Assembly (NCBI GenBank): GCA_026387455.1
Contig: JAPLLR010000046.1
Span: forward strand, 68,921 to 132,920
DNA: 64,000 bases
Direction: 5' to 3'
Source: Candidatus Omnitrophota bacterium
Lineage (GTDB): Bacteria; Omnitrophota; Gorgyraeia; Gygaellales; Profunditerraquicolaceae
Position numbers and translations under genes: made by a program. Each line of letters begins with the position of its first letter. Positions within the stretch are counted from its first letter, which is position 1. Below the pieces are notes generated by a model, which searched no databases, was not told the origin of the DNA, and saw nothing but the letters and a program-made list of their open reading frames with translations. Positions 39,001 through 54,000 of the stretch are shown here, in pieces.

Positions 39001-42000
39001 CCTATAAGCTTGTACGTTTTTTCCAGGAAGAAGCCGCGAAAAAAGGCTGCGAGGTAAAGATCCTTTTGGGAAATCATGAGCTTTATTATCTTCTGCGTCA
39101 TGCCAAGGGTGCCTGGCAGCATGAAGGTAAAAACGAAATAGAAAACAATAAGGAATTCGGCCTTATCTTTGGTTTTGATGAGCATCTGTGGGGGAATGAT
39201 GCGGAATTTGTGGAATTTTTGCGCCGGGATATCCGTGACGGCAAAGTGGTAGCTGCTTATACTCTGGGAGGAACGGTATTCTCACACGGCGTAGTTACTG
39301 CTAATTTGATACATCGGTTGGCTCAAGAGCAGAATATGCATGCCGCCAGTCTGCGCCATCCGGAAATATTCGTTGACACCGTAAACAGGATTTTAAAAGA
39401 AGCGGTGGAGGATCCTGGACAGGAATTCAAAAGCACAATCTTTGAGCTTGTAGAAGGCCAATTCAGCATCTATTTTTATGATTTAGGTCTTCCGTTTCTT
39501 GAAGCGCTGCCTTTTGATCAGGTAGTTGGCCATGACCTGCGGGGCTATGCAATGGCAAATAGGATAGTGGTGAAGAAGGCTCCGAATAAAAAGTCGATTA
39601 TCGGTGTAGATGTAGGTATGTCGCGGGGAGTTTCTCAGGATAAAGGTTACAGGCCGGGAAGAGGGGCGTTGGTTTTTGAGAATGGTTTAGTGAATGCGTA
39701 TTATCCTGAATACGCAAAGGCATCTTTTGACGCGCATCTTCCTTTTTCCGTGGGCCGTGCTATAAGCCAGATTGATTTAAGCTCAAAAATGAACTGTTTA
39801 TCGCTAGTAACAATTCCTGTTTTTGCCAAGGCTGCGTTTATAGTTGCTGTAATTATCGGTATTGCCTGGTTGACGTTGTGGTTGGTGAAAAGATCTTCTA
39901 CCCGTGCGCCTCCGGGACCGCGATCTACCTTTCAGAATGTCATCCGCCAGATCAATACCGCCGCCGCAATCATGGGCCTTGACCCGGAAATCCGCGAGAG
40001 ATTGACCAACCCCGAATATTTCGAAGAAGTTGAAGTAGGAATACCGCTTAAAGAGATAGGGATTGATGCCACCGTCGGTATGCGTATCGGCCACAATGGC
40101 GCTTTGGGTGCGTATAAGGGCGGAATCCGTTTTGTCGATATTGAAATCAAGGATCCTGCAACAGGGAAAAAGGTCGAGGATTTCGAAAGCTACAGAAAAC
40201 TTTTTAATCAGACGCTTGAGTCAGTAAAGGACCAGATCCGGGATAAAGACTTGTCATTATCTACCTGGATGAGCTTAAAGAATGCCGTAGCCAACCTTCC
40301 TTACGGCGGAGGCAAGGGTTGCGTGGCGGTGCCTTTCCTTCTCCTTTCAAAAGACGATAATCTTAAAAAACAAATATTAGCCAAGATAATCCGCGAATAT
40401 GTGCGCGCAGCTTACCGGGAGAAAAAATACCTATTTGGCCCATTCAAAGATGTCCCTGCCCCGGATATGAACACCAACGCTGTGATTATGTCCTGGTTTA
40501 TGGATGAACATCTTAAGCTTAAAACCGGGCTGGATCTTTTGGAGAAGCGTTTTGTCGACGGTTTGAAGCCGCTATTAGCTACTGAAGAAACCGATCTTAC
40601 AAAGACTCCAATTTATAACCGCTATATTGAATTGGGTGGAAGCGAGGAATTAGGTACTATCACCGGAAAGCCGGTTTATAAGACTGATCCTGATACTGGT
40701 AAGTTAGTTTTGGATAGCCAGGGCCAGAAGGTTATGGTTGGCGGTTCGCTTGGCCGCGAAGCAGCTACAGGTCAGGGCGTGGTTTTTGCCACCATTCAGG
40801 CTTTAAGGGCCTTTGGCGATAAGTTAGGCATCGGTACAGAGCTTAAGGGGCAGACAGTCGGTGTGCAGGCGATTGGCAATGTCGGAGGGCATGCCGCGCG
40901 CATATACTCTGAAGAAGGAGCATTTGTTGTCAAGATCAGCGACGGTCCGGGGCTCATCTATGATCCCAAGGGTATAAATATCGCAGATCTTTTGAAGCGT
41001 ATTGAAGAAGAGTCTAAGAAAAGCAAAGATAAAGCAAAGGCAATGCGCATCGCCTTTGAAGAAACCCCCGGATTTATTCCTTACGGAAAATATTTTAAGC
41101 TTACAGGTGATGGGGTCAAGGTGTCTTCTAAGAAATGGCCCGGATACCTGCCTACGGAATACGGTATATTCGCCATACCATCAAATATTTTTGTTCCCGC
41201 GTTTAAAGAGGACCAGATCAATCAAAGAATAGCCAAGCTGCTACAGGCTAAGCTAATTGTTGAAGGAGCCAATGGTCCCACCCTACCTGAGGCAGATCAG
41301 ATATTGCAGAAGAGGGGTATTCTGGTAGTGCCGGATATCCTGGCCAATATCGGAGGTGTGGTGGTCTCCTATTTTGAGTGGCTGCAGAACCTAAAATCCG
41401 AGCATTGGCATGAGGGTCCGGTAGTGAATATGCTTGAGCAGAGAATGAATACTTCGGCACAGGAAGTCTTTAATTGCTCAAGAGACTACAATGTCTCTTT
41501 AAGGATCGGAGCTACGATCTTGGCCTTAAAGAGGATCTCCGCGGCTATAGTGGCTGAGAAGGCCTATAAAGACCAAGAGATAATTAATTGCAAGAGCATC
41601 AAAGAGCGAAACGGAGTTTTTAACCAGAAATACCTGCCTTATCGCGGGTATGATCCTTTGGAGCATTATCACACCGCGGAAGAGCTCAACCTTATCTATA
41701 TTTTAGGAAGATATCAGGAGTTTGTCCACCACTGTGAGCAAAGGATTAATCTGGAGATTGGTAATCTTGCCGAGAGGATCCTTAATGAGCTGCCGAGAAA
41801 TCAGAAGCGCTTTGTGATTATTCAGGGGCCGACCGCTGTGGGTAAACAATTCTTCGCCCAGCGTCTCAAAGACGCGGTAATAGCCATAAATTCTGAAGCG
41901 CAAATTGAAGAATATCTGACCGCATATTGCATTGATGCCGAAAACCAGGAAGATTATTCCAGGCTGATTACCTTTGAAGATGAACATACAATATTCTTCT

Positions 42001-45000
42001 TGTACGGAGATTATCTATTGGAAAATAACTTTCTTTCCAGGTTCCCCGAAGAAAACAGATTTCCGATATTTCTAAACACCGCTCCCAGCTTAAAGCTTGG
42101 CGAGAATAAACCCTTTACCTCTACGGATTTAAGGTTGTTGCGCTTGATTCTTGAGGAGATGGGTAAGGGTTACACCGCCTTAAGCGTGATAAAGGCCTGG
42201 CCGACAAAGCGTCTGGAGCAGATAAACAGGATGTATCCTCTTTGGGTCAACTCAAAGGCCACTTTCAATGCCTATGCTCCTTATGAACTTCCGTATCTGG
42301 TGAATACGTTGAAAGAAAAGAAAACGCTGGATATTGCGTTACGCGAGGCAAAGGAAATATTACACGATGAAGAAGCAACCCCTATTATAGAAGAACTCTT
42401 AGGGTTATTTGATGGATTTGTAGATATGCCGTTGCTTCGGGTTGAAGACCTGCCTTTTGATTCTATACCCGGATGTTTTATTGAGAAGATGGAAGATACT
42501 TTGGATATCATTGATAACAAGGCCGGGCATGCCATCAAGGCTTCTGGTCAGATGAAAGCGTCCGAGATATATCCGGAATACGCCAAAGAATTTATCTTCA
42601 TGCATCAGGCGGTACTGAATATTGCCACTGAATACATAAAGGAATCGGGTAAGGAGCTCGGGCCTCCGGAAGATTTTGCCATTGCTGAAAATAGGGTGGG
42701 CGACATCTGGAATATTGAAGGGGGCAGGAATAAGGTAATCGCCATACTCAGTAGCAAAGGCTACACCTTAGAGCAAATAGATAACTTTCTTGATTCGCTA
42801 TGCCGGCATGAGAATTCTCCAGAAGAGCTCGCCGGCCTACAGATGCAGCTAGCGGGATTCCGCTTAAATAGACTTAAAGAGCAGCGCAAATCTGCTTTGG
42901 CAAGAGGCAATGTCAGGAAGATTGGCGATGTAGAAATTATTTTTGATGACGGCCGTGATGAGCAGCCTTTTACCGAGGTAGAGAATGTGGTAGATGTGGA
43001 TATAACCATCCGTATCTGGTTAAGCAGGCCAATAGAAGATCCACTTACTCAGTTAGTGATGAATTTGTGGTACAGCTCCAGCGATAGAAAAGATGAATGG
43101 TCTGAAGGCCTGATGTATTTTGTGCAGCAGGATGAGCTTGATCCGTCTTCGTATGTCTTTAAAGCGCATACTCCGGAATACTTCTCCGGGATGTTTACCT
43201 ATAGGCTCTCTATTGACGGGGGAAAAGCCTACGAATATTTAAATAAGGGGTACGGGGATGACCGCACAATTAGAAATAATACTTCCGGCAGGACCCATAG
43301 ATTTAAGCATATCAATCAGCATCATCAGGCCAATTTTCGTTTCCAGTATTTTTCTATAGAGTTGGCACAGAAGATCATGGAAGAAGTAAGAGTATATTTT
43401 CTGGCCAAGGGTTACAGGCTATATTATCCGATTGGCGACGGTTCGCAGGGTGTGGTTTTCAAGGCCGAAGAGGCGAAGACCCGTAAAATAAGGGCGGTAA
43501 AAGTTTCTCGGCCAAAGGATGAATGTACGTCGGCTTACTGGGGGGTGATAGAAAATGAATTTGAGCTATGGAAGAAGATAGGTCTTTCTGAAGGGGCCTT
43601 TCCGGCTCTGACCCGGGTATTTGACGCGGGTTTGATCAGCCGCAGCGATCTGAGTGTAGGGGATTCGGGATATAGATATTTCTATCAGGTCATGGAGTGG
43701 AGGCACGGCATGGACCTGAGGAAAAGCATTGCCAACGGGTTCTTTGAGACTGAGGATGATATAGAGCTGTTGATCACCAATCTGATCGTTTTTCTTAATC
43801 AGGTGATCATTATGAACCGCGCGGGAGTGACGCATAATGAGCTAGATGATAAAAACATAATGATCAATGAAAATCTTAATTTTATTGCCTGCGATCTTGA
43901 TGGGTTATCCATGAATAACGAAGGAGGCAAAAGAAATGATTTTATCGCATTAAGGGATGTTTTGCGTAAGGTCTTGGAACAGGCAATGCAGGATACCCCT
44001 TATGAAGGGAATATCCAGCCTTTTCTAAATGAATCTTCATCGGGGACCATCTCTCAAGGCATACTTGCAGAATTCTTAAGCAACCTTAAATCCATTAAAG
44101 AAGAAATCGCGCAAAAATATCCTAAAGATGATGAGTTCGCGTTTGTGCTGGATTTCTGCATTGGATTCCTGGAGAAAACAAACGAAATCCTGCGGATATG
44201 CGGCCACGGAGGTAATTATTTCCTTGGGCCGCAGTTCATAAATATGGGCGTTTTACCGGCCTTATGCCAAATAGGTGAAAACCAGCCATATAAGCAGCGC
44301 ATCGAAGCCTTTGTTCTAAAATGGCTTAGTAAATGCAGTGACACGGATGAAATAATCTATTTTCATCTAGGCTTGGAGAGGCTCATAGAAGATTTAAGCG
44401 CGGATTTTGTCTTGGATAACAGAAGCAAGCTGATGCTCGGGTTCATGAAAAGGTTAACCGGGAACATCAGGCAAATAATTATGATACATCAAAGGGATGA
44501 TCTGGAAGCGAAGATTGATGAGTCTGATATTGAGCTTGCTCTGATCGGGGATGATAAGCTGTGCGAAACATTCATTAACGGAAGTATTTGCTCTATCCTG
44601 CATAGCGAGTGTTTTAATACCCCCTATTGTAAATTGGTAAGGGATTTTCTTAATCGCGACACAAAGGACCTGAAGTCCAGGAATAGTCTTGAGCTGCTTG
44701 TTAAGATGCTAGAGAGATTGCTTGCGGAGATTAGGGAAACAGACTCCGTAATGCAAAGGACTGGCCCGCAGGGTCCCCAGATGATGGCTATTGCGGCTTT
44801 GCCGTTGGTGGTTATTCCGGTATCGGCCTATATGGCCATTGGCATTATCGGTATCGTTATATTGGGAGCACTAATATACTTATCTCTAAGGTCCGGGCCA
44901 AAAGACAATACAGAGGAGATCCTGAATATTTATCTGGATGATATGCTAAATAGGCTTAGGGCGCAGGGGAAAGATGCTGTGCGCGAGCTTATGATGAAAT

Positions 45001-48000
45001 ATGATTCATTTTTGCAAAAGAGGGAATATCAGGATAATAAAGAAAAATTGCGGGATGCGTTATTGCACGAAGCTATTTTAATGCTTAGCAGGGTCAGTGA
45101 TAGCCGTAAGAAGACAGAGGCCCTTGCGCACTTGCTTATTAAAAGGGCTCTGAGCGAAAGGGCTAAGCAGAATAAGAAGGTGGTGGGGCGCACTGGGCAA
45201 ATGTATAGCTTTTTGGGGTTTGTAATTTTTCCGCTTGCCGCCGGAATTTTAATTACGTTTGTATCTATAATTTTGATCAGACAATACCTGCATAAAAAGG
45301 CCTTGAATGATCGCCTAGACAGAATGGTTGTGGGGCTCAAGGAGCAAGGAATAGACACAATAAGAGAGCTCGCCTTCAAATATTTCCTTTACTCAAACCA
45401 TGTCGCATTTGCGCGCGATAAGGGAAAGCTTAAGAACCGTATGTTGTCGGAGGCCTCTTTAGAACTAAGAATAATTGATTCTCAATGCGAAGATATTGAA
45501 GCGCTTGCGGAATTGTTGGTAAAGAGAGTTATCGAAGAAAGGGCAGCTAGTAAATCTTCGCTTAGCTTTGCCTCGTCTATCGTTAATTCGCTTATTCTTT
45601 TCGGTGTTAGTCTGGCTATCGCTGTCGCTATAGCCTATTTAGGGCTATCCTTTGCTCCAGTATTATCTTTAGGCCTTTTCTGCGGGATCATCGATGATTC
45701 AAGAAGGCAGTTATTTTCGCCACCGCTCCAGCTGCAGCAACAGCTTAAATTGTTCTCTCCTGCCGCATTTTTAAGGTCGAAGAATACGGTTCCTGTGATC
45801 GAAGGCGATAGCGAAGACATTAAGAATTATCTTTCTTTAATCTGCGATAATCAGGCGCTTTTATTTAAAGTGCATGAGTTATGGCGGCAGGGTGCAAAGG
45901 TAAGCGTGGCCAGGATCTGTGGCGCGTTAGCCCTGCGTAGGAATGGTTCAGTAAGCCTATCTGAAGAATTATTCTCACCCCAGCACCCCGCTCCCGCAAT
46001 GCTTATTTATATGCTGCTGTGTCATGAGGAACAGGCACACCACATTATCAGTGAAGAGGCGGTGGCTATCCGCAGGGAGGTTTCCGCCTGGAATGTGCTT
46101 CGTGATTCCGAGCACGAAGAAATAAAGGCCTGGGCTAAAACTTATCTGAAGAGGCATGCGTTGAGTCAAGATGGGGTCATCTACGATGATTTTATCGCGC
46201 TGGCAAATCAGGTAGCTAAAAATCCTGATGACGATTCTGCGCTTGTTAATTTTGCTGTCGCCAAGTATGGAGACATCCTTCTTCAGAAGCGGTCCGAGAC
46301 GTCTATCATCACCGTCAAGTGCGTTTTAGTCGGATTGATCGCGGCCGTATTCATGTTGGTCTTGTTTGCGGGAGCGCCTTGGCAGCGCGTGGCGTTAGGA
46401 GCTGCCTCGGTTTTATTAGTTTATCTTTTCATCGGACATCTAGGCACTGAACTGCGTTTCTACCGGAATTTCGACACTAAGGGAAGTGTTTTAAATAGCG
46501 TGAAAGACGGCGAAAAAGACGAGGCGGATAAGATCTACAAGCTTTTCTACGGTATCGTCCGTGATTACAAGCTTAACCTTACGCGCCACCTGATTAGGCA
46601 GCGCAAGCTCCTTCTTAAAAACGATATCCTTAGCAACATCATAGCTCCCAGCATTGGAAACGGAGAAGTCCATCAGTCTGTTCTACGCAGCGCCATCGCC
46701 AAAAAGCTGGTATTAGAGGAGATCCTTGCTTCGACTGACCGGACTGTGTATGAGCCGTGTTTTGTGGCTATGGTCGAGTTGATAGTAAAGCATAAGAAAT
46801 TCTGCTTTGACCGTTTTTATCAGGTCATCAAAGATTCCGGAAAACTTCCGGATTGCGCCAGTGCCTTCATCTCCATCTTGGTAAAGGCTGAACACGGTAA
46901 GATCGTTTTAGGGGCAGATGAAGCAGAGCCGGCTTGGATGTTTGAAGCCGTGCTTTTCGCGGCATTAAGAGATCCCCACAGGATACCGGATTTATGGAAG
47001 CAATTCAGGAATGTTTTGAATGATCTTTTTAAGCCGAAGAAACAGGGGCAGATTGACAAGGAGGCGTTTTTTGCCGTTCTGAAGGATATTATTAAGCGTC
47101 TCGCCCAGGAATCCCCCTCGCTTAAGAAAGAGATCATCGCCCATCTTCTGGAGAACACCTCACGCAGCAAAGTGGAATTACCGCTGACCTTCAGTTTACT
47201 TGAAGACCTCGGGTTTCATATTGTGACTTCCAGGGAATTTGCCCGGACTGCCGCCGGGTTAGTCGCTCGCGAGATAAACAGGGTGCAGAATGAATACGGC
47301 CTGGCCAATGTAGTATTTCCCGGAGGCAGGACAGTCAACAGCTATATTGCGGATGGAGGGCTTAGGAAAGGATTCCTCCGGGCGCTGGCTGATCCGGAAT
47401 ACTGTATCTATTGGGAGAGGCTCAACGCTTTTCAGCTGGCAGAATATGACGGCCTTGATGTGCAAAGCTCGTATTCTTATGCGCATACTCTTGAAACAGA
47501 GCTCTTTTCGCGGGTCTTTACCACCCCGGAATTAAGAAGAAATATCCATTATATAGGCGCTCATCCCGATACCAAGGCATACATGGATAGCCTCGAGTCT
47601 TTTGGCGGAGCGGATATTGTCATCCTCGGCGTGGGTTCCGACGGGCATATCGGGCTTAATTCGTATGGTTCGTCTCTGGATATCCGGGAGCAGGGCAGAT
47701 TAAAACAGGTTCTTCTTAACGATGAGATTATCCGCGCCAATATAAAAGATTATCCGGGCATAGAAGCTAATCCTTGCGCCAACACTATGAGCCTTTACGA
47801 TATAGTCTTAGGAGGCAAACCGAATAAGAAAGTTTTTCTTCTAGCCCTCGGTAAGCGCAAGGCGAAGATATTAAGACAGGCGCTCCTTGAGAAGGGTACT
47901 CCGGTGAGCATGCTTCTTGAGAACGCGGATACCACTGTAGTCATAGATGAGGGGGCGGTTGAAGATATTGCCCCGCGTTTCCTGAGTGAAGCTGTGCGCA

Positions 48001-51000
48001 AACTCAAGTACCTCTATCAGACCGAAGAATACGACAAATTCTTATCTTCACCAATTCCTTCTCATATGATTAATGAGTCCGGGGTGGTTGTTTGGGTTAA
48101 TGAGGCTGAAGTGAAACTCCGGAAATTCCGCAGCGCGGAAGATATGATCGGCCGCTATATCTGGGAATTTGTGGCTCCGAAACAGCAGGAGGATTCGCGC
48201 TTGGCGGTTATCAATAAACTTAAAGAGCCTGCGACTCTGCCGCCTTTTGAGAGAGATATCCAATTGGCCGATGGAAGCGTGCGTAGTGTTTGGATTACCG
48301 ATCAGCAGGTGTTTGATAAGAAGGGTAAGGTTAAAGGCATCATTTCCTCGCTTCATGAAATGAATGGACATAATGGCGACAAGGGCCTGGCCATGATATC
48401 CATAGATTGGGTGGGGGCGATGCTTGGTATTGGTGGTTTTGCGTTGGTAGTAGGGTTAATTTCTTTTGCATTTGTTTTGGTTAAAGCTATTGGCCGGCAG
48501 CTGGGGCATCAGGCAGAAAGGTTTGCTTTGGCAGATCCGGTTGAGGACTTAAAAGGCAATTGTTTAGATCAGTATCTTAGGAGCCGGAATCAGGACCAGG
48601 CTGCGGATAGGCTGATTAGTACTGCCTTGCGCACACCTTTTGTTCTTTGTCGGGAATTTCGCAATTGGTCGAAAAGGAATATTATGTTGAGAGCCCCTGC
48701 TTACCGTTCGGACTTTCTGCATGCCGAATTAGGGCAGCTGTATATACAGGATGCAAAACTTAATTTGCTCTACGATTTACAGGATAATTTTCACACAAAG
48801 ATATATCATGTATCTGATAGCGGGAACATCCCGCTTTCTCAGGTAAACGAAGAAAATTCCTGGATTGGGGCCCAAGATTTGCAGGGTAGTTTGTCCAGCT
48901 GTAAGCCTGGCGATAAATTCAGCATTTTATTCTACGTACTTCCCATTTTATTTGCAGTGATCTGTTTGGGCGGATTGCTCTTTCAGTTTAAGCTTTTGGC
49001 AAGCACGTTGGTTTGCGTGGGCCTGCTGGGTGCAACTTGTGTTACAACGGATGAGATCAGGAATCCGCTGGCAGTCATTCCTCACGGAGATATCAAGAAC
49101 ATCCTTATTTATAATGACCAGGCGGGCTCGGTTATTCCGCGGTTAAATAGTTCAATTATTACTCTCTGGCCACTGGTAAACGCCTTGCGTAAATCTTATC
49201 CCGCAGCCACTATTTACCTGACATCGGATTGTTCCAATATTTTCCTGGCAAAGCATTTTGAAGGCAGCGTACGAAAGGTCGGTGAAGACCAGGCGGGTAA
49301 AATGTTGGAAAGGGGGCCTGATGCTAAGGAAGCCCGCAAACAGTTTATCATCGATAATAAGATTAATATGGTCTTTGATATTGCTGTGACTGCTAATAAT
49401 TTTTCTCATATCCAGCCTGAGAATTTTGCTGATGGCAAAGCTCCTTATATAATTGAAATAATCTCTCCTGTTTTGTTGGTCGGCTTGCAATCTCCAAAAT
49501 TAATGAATACAACTTTTCTCTTACGTCCGGGATTTAGGGATAGATCAGGTAAAGAATTCAGTGTCCGCGGAATAGAAGAGGTCATGCCGCAAATCGCAAA
49601 TGAGGTGCGGAGCTCTCAGGGCGCTATGCAGGGTTGGCAGCTTAAGAAATCCGGAGCCTGGCTTTTGCCTATCGAGATTTATCGGTTGCTTGGTTTAAAT
49701 GCGTCTAGCGATGATGCAGATAATATTACCCTTGATTTGGAAGAGGCTTCCAGTGCCATGCAGCTACTTAGCGCCAAAGATAGTTTTGATAGATCGTTAG
49801 AGGATTTTGATATTACTAAGAAGATCGTGGTCTTTGATGTATGCGGTGTATCCAAGTATAGCCACTTAAGCCTTAATGAATGGGCAGCTGCGATATCAGA
49901 GATAATCGCGGGGCTCAAGAACTCCTATTGCATTTTTACCCATGGTGGAGGAGTTGCTGATTCGGATTATGAATATATGCAGCGGGTATTATCGATAGCT
50001 GATAGGCAATTATCCGGGCGCAAAGATCGTTCTAGCAATGAGATGCTCTTAACAAGAAACGGAGAATTTTATTCGCATATCCATAATATCCTGGGGGTTG
50101 CTTCCGCGGTTTTTGCTATAGGCAGTTCAGGTCTGGCTAGCATAGCCAGTCAGGTCTACGGTATCCGAACTTTTTCAATAACAGAGCCTGAGGTGTTGCA
50201 TTGGTGCCCTCCGAATAAGTATATCTCTACAGTTATTGTTCCGACTACTCCTTTTGAGGGCTCTGGGTCTTCCGCGGCAGATTATGAACGGGTGCGTCTT
50301 GAAACGTTGGTAGGAGGGATGCGTCTGTTCATCGATAGCTTAAATCAGACTCCTGAGCGTAAGGAAGCGAAGCAGGCTAAAATCGCAGGTATGTCTGTAA
50401 GCATGCGCGCCTTGCTTACTCGCAAGCTTTTGGAAAATCCACTGGATTATCCTTTTGCGCAGGAAGATCTTAAGAAGTGCATTTCGGAGTGTTTAAATGC
50501 GCTGGGGCTCGATCAATATGGACTGTTGCCTGAAATAGTATTTGTGGATGGCGCAAGTGTCGGGCTTGATTCCTTTGGTGTAAAATTGTCCACTATCGGT
50601 GATGACACATTCCTTCTTATTGATAAGACCCTACTTAAGCAGCTGGATGGCGGAGAATGCGTGGTTGATGAAGAGGTTAAATATTTTAAGATCTGTCATG
50701 AAATACTCGGGCATAGGCTAGTGCGCTATATGTTTCCTGACTTTGCTCAGCTACATCTTCCTCAATCTAAGGATAGGCCTGGAGAAGAGAGTATTATTAT
50801 GAGGACAGAAGAAGAGATTCTTTCCTGGACAGTCAGCCTATTAGCGTTGCAGAGACTCTCGGTTGCGAAGCCGGAATTATTTAATCCGCGGATAAGAGAA
50901 GAAATTCAAAGTATTGGTGCGCCGGCTATAATGCCGTATCTACGCGCGGCGCTGCGCCACATCAAAGAAGTCAACAATGACTTCTACGCCCGCAGATACC

Positions 51001-54000
51001 GAAAGGTTCTGAAGGACAATGGCGCTATATTGGAGCAGGATGTCAGGGTAAAGTATTTACCTACAGTCGTACAGGCCTTCGGTATTTCCATACAGGTGGA
51101 CTGGCCGGATGAGCCTGAGCTGGATGAGCTGGATCATAGTAAGAACGCTTTTAAGTTGTTGCGTTATTTTGTCGATTTATTGAGGCTGGTCTCCGGGCTG
51201 GATATGGATCGAGTTGTGGCTATTGAAGGAAAAGAAAAAAGGCGCATAAATTTCGAAAACTGGGTCCAGCATGACATGAATAATGATCTTTCTATGATTG
51301 ACTCTGCGTTAAGTCTTAGCAAGCATGAGGGCAAAAAACAAATTCTTAATTTCGTAGAGCGTTTAAAAACAGACTTTATGTATTTTATTTCGATGGTATG
51401 TGAAAACTCGGAAGGATTCATAAAGCAATGTTGCTATACCGGAACTGAAAATGATCCGGTGCCATGGAAGGCGATGACTTTATATTTCTGCAAGAAGCTT
51501 ACCACGGGAGAGAAGGCTTTTGAAAATCTTATGGTACTCAAGGATGCCGCGGTAAGAATGGAGAAAGCTTTGCAGGATATGGAGAGCGAGATTAATAAGC
51601 TCGAGCCTGATATCCAAGATAAAGGCTCGGACAAGAGGAATGTTTTGACCCAATGCTTGATTTGGGTGCTTGCCGGAGCGGCTCTGAGCATTTGTATTAT
51701 TTTTTCAGGTGCTGCATTTTGTGTTTTTACGCTTTTAGGAGCCGTAGTAGCTTCAAATGATCAGGATAGTTTATCTGACCAGGAAGTCAGATTGAAAGCG
51801 CTGCATGACAAGATTAAGGACCTGCACCATCGCACTTTGCGTCTAGGAACATGTAGGTCAGATGCTCAAGAAGTGGCTAGAAATATCGCCCAACTTAAAG
51901 TTGTAATCCGTAATAGCGGTATAGAAAGAGCCAAGGAAATTAATGATTGGATTGAGAAAGGCAATGAGCCAGCAGCCTGTGCTATTCTTAGCTCGCTTTC
52001 CCGGGAGTTTGCAAAGGCAAGAAAGCAAGCGTTAAACGAGCGTATTGCCGCCAGGAAATACGAAGAGAGGTATAAAGAAGAGGAAAAAGGAAAGCTTAAC
52101 GGAAAGATTACTATTGCGCTCGGCAGTATGGTTGAAAAAGACGGGGCGGTAGTAGTGGAGAAGAAGCCGAAGACTCGTTCTTTATATCGCTGGCATAGGA
52201 TACTTGACCGGATCTTCGCTTCCCTGATAGCGGAGCATGTCCAGATGGAAGATTTTCTGGGCAGGCTGCAGAAATTAAGCGAAGAGTTCAGTATGGTGGT
52301 CGACCAGCCTTATGGCCTGGTGCGCGTTGATATGATTATTAACAAAATCTCAGAATTAAACGATTCTCTTAAGGGGGTAAAAACTGAGACCAAGAAAGAA
52401 TGCCGGCGCGACCTGGAGACTGCGCAACAGCTTTTAGGGGCGGGGAATATGAAGCTGGCTCTGGAAAGCCTGAATGCTTCCATACCGTTTATTGAGGTAC
52501 GCATAAACGCGATTGACGGGATGATTGCGAATTTAAGGTATTTGCGTCAGGATCTGCGTCAGCTGGGTGAGAAGCGTTTATCTCGCGTAGGGGCCCAGGC
52601 AAAAGAATGTAAGGCGCAATTCAACGCGGGGTATAAGCGACAGGCCGCGCAATACCTGTCGAAATTATTATCTTGGCCATTTTTACGGGATACTGAGTTT
52701 GTCGGATTTTCTGATGCCATAGATCGCACTGTTGAGAAAATTGCCGCAGCTACAACTGAAAAAAAATTAGCTGCTGCCAATAAGCGTTTTGACCTGTTGA
52801 TTTCCATGACCGAGGATTCGTTGTTGTCATCGCGATTTATGAGCGCTTATAATGATTTTATTAATGATGTGCATTTAGGCAGGATTCGCGGCGTTACTTC
52901 TGATGAGGAAGCTTTTAACACGATATTCCGCCAATGGCAGGCTAAGAATAATCTTATCCGCGGCGCTCCTCGTTATTGGAGAACCCGGTTATATAAGACC
53001 GCCTTTATCTCCGAAAAGAACAATGCCCTCGTTTTTGAAGCCTGCGATACCATATTGTTCGCTGTCAAGGTAGATAATTTCTATCAGCTCAAATCCAGCC
53101 TCAAGAAGAATAAGCGTAATAATATCTGGAGCGTTATCGATTCTTATCTTAAGCGTGAGCCCTCGGTCATCTGCGCAAGAAGAGTCCCTGCCGAAGAGAG
53201 AAACACCTTTATTACAAAAATTATTAAAGCCGCGATTAAGGATTACCGGCTGGTTGAATTAGCCAAGCCGGAAAAGGTAGCCCTTCTTTATAAAGCCTTC
53301 CTGGTAGAGGTTCCGAAATTAAATACCGGATTCTTCGATAATCTGGACGACGTCGATGTGCTTAAACTTGAGAATTTTATCGATGATAATGTGGATAAGG
53401 TCGTAGCTTTAAGTATGTACAGGGGAGCTTTTCCTGAAGTAGGCAATCTTGATATTATCCTTCATAGTTTTACAACCGAGATATCTGATTTACCGTCTTG
53501 GTTTGTTTGGGCACGCATAAAGAATAATACTCTGGAGCTGTATTTATCCGCTCAATTTACCAATGTTTTATTGGGTGATTTCTTGGATATGGATGCAAAT
53601 GATACCTTGGTAAGGAAGGAGACCTGGGAGAGCCCGGCAGCGTGTATATTATTCCCGGCTCTGGCGCGCCATGAACTAGGGCGTATCCTCGGGCTTAATC
53701 ATCAGGAGGCGATATTACGCCAGCGTGAAGTATCGGGTTATGAGGGGATACGCAGCCTCTTGGAATACATGCAGGAATTCGGACTTCTTGTCGGGAAGCT
53801 GCGTAGCCAGGATAACTTTGCGGCCAGTGATGCTGCTTTAAAATTAGGAAGGCTTGCGGTTCAATCCTGGGAAGATCAGTATCCTTGTCTTGCCGCAGAT
53901 CTGGCGCTGGCTTTCAAAAGGGCTCTAGAAGAAGGAAGCGAAAAGGTAGCCCGGGAATTATGTATTTCGGCGCGCTACGCCGGCCAGAGAGATTGCCTAC

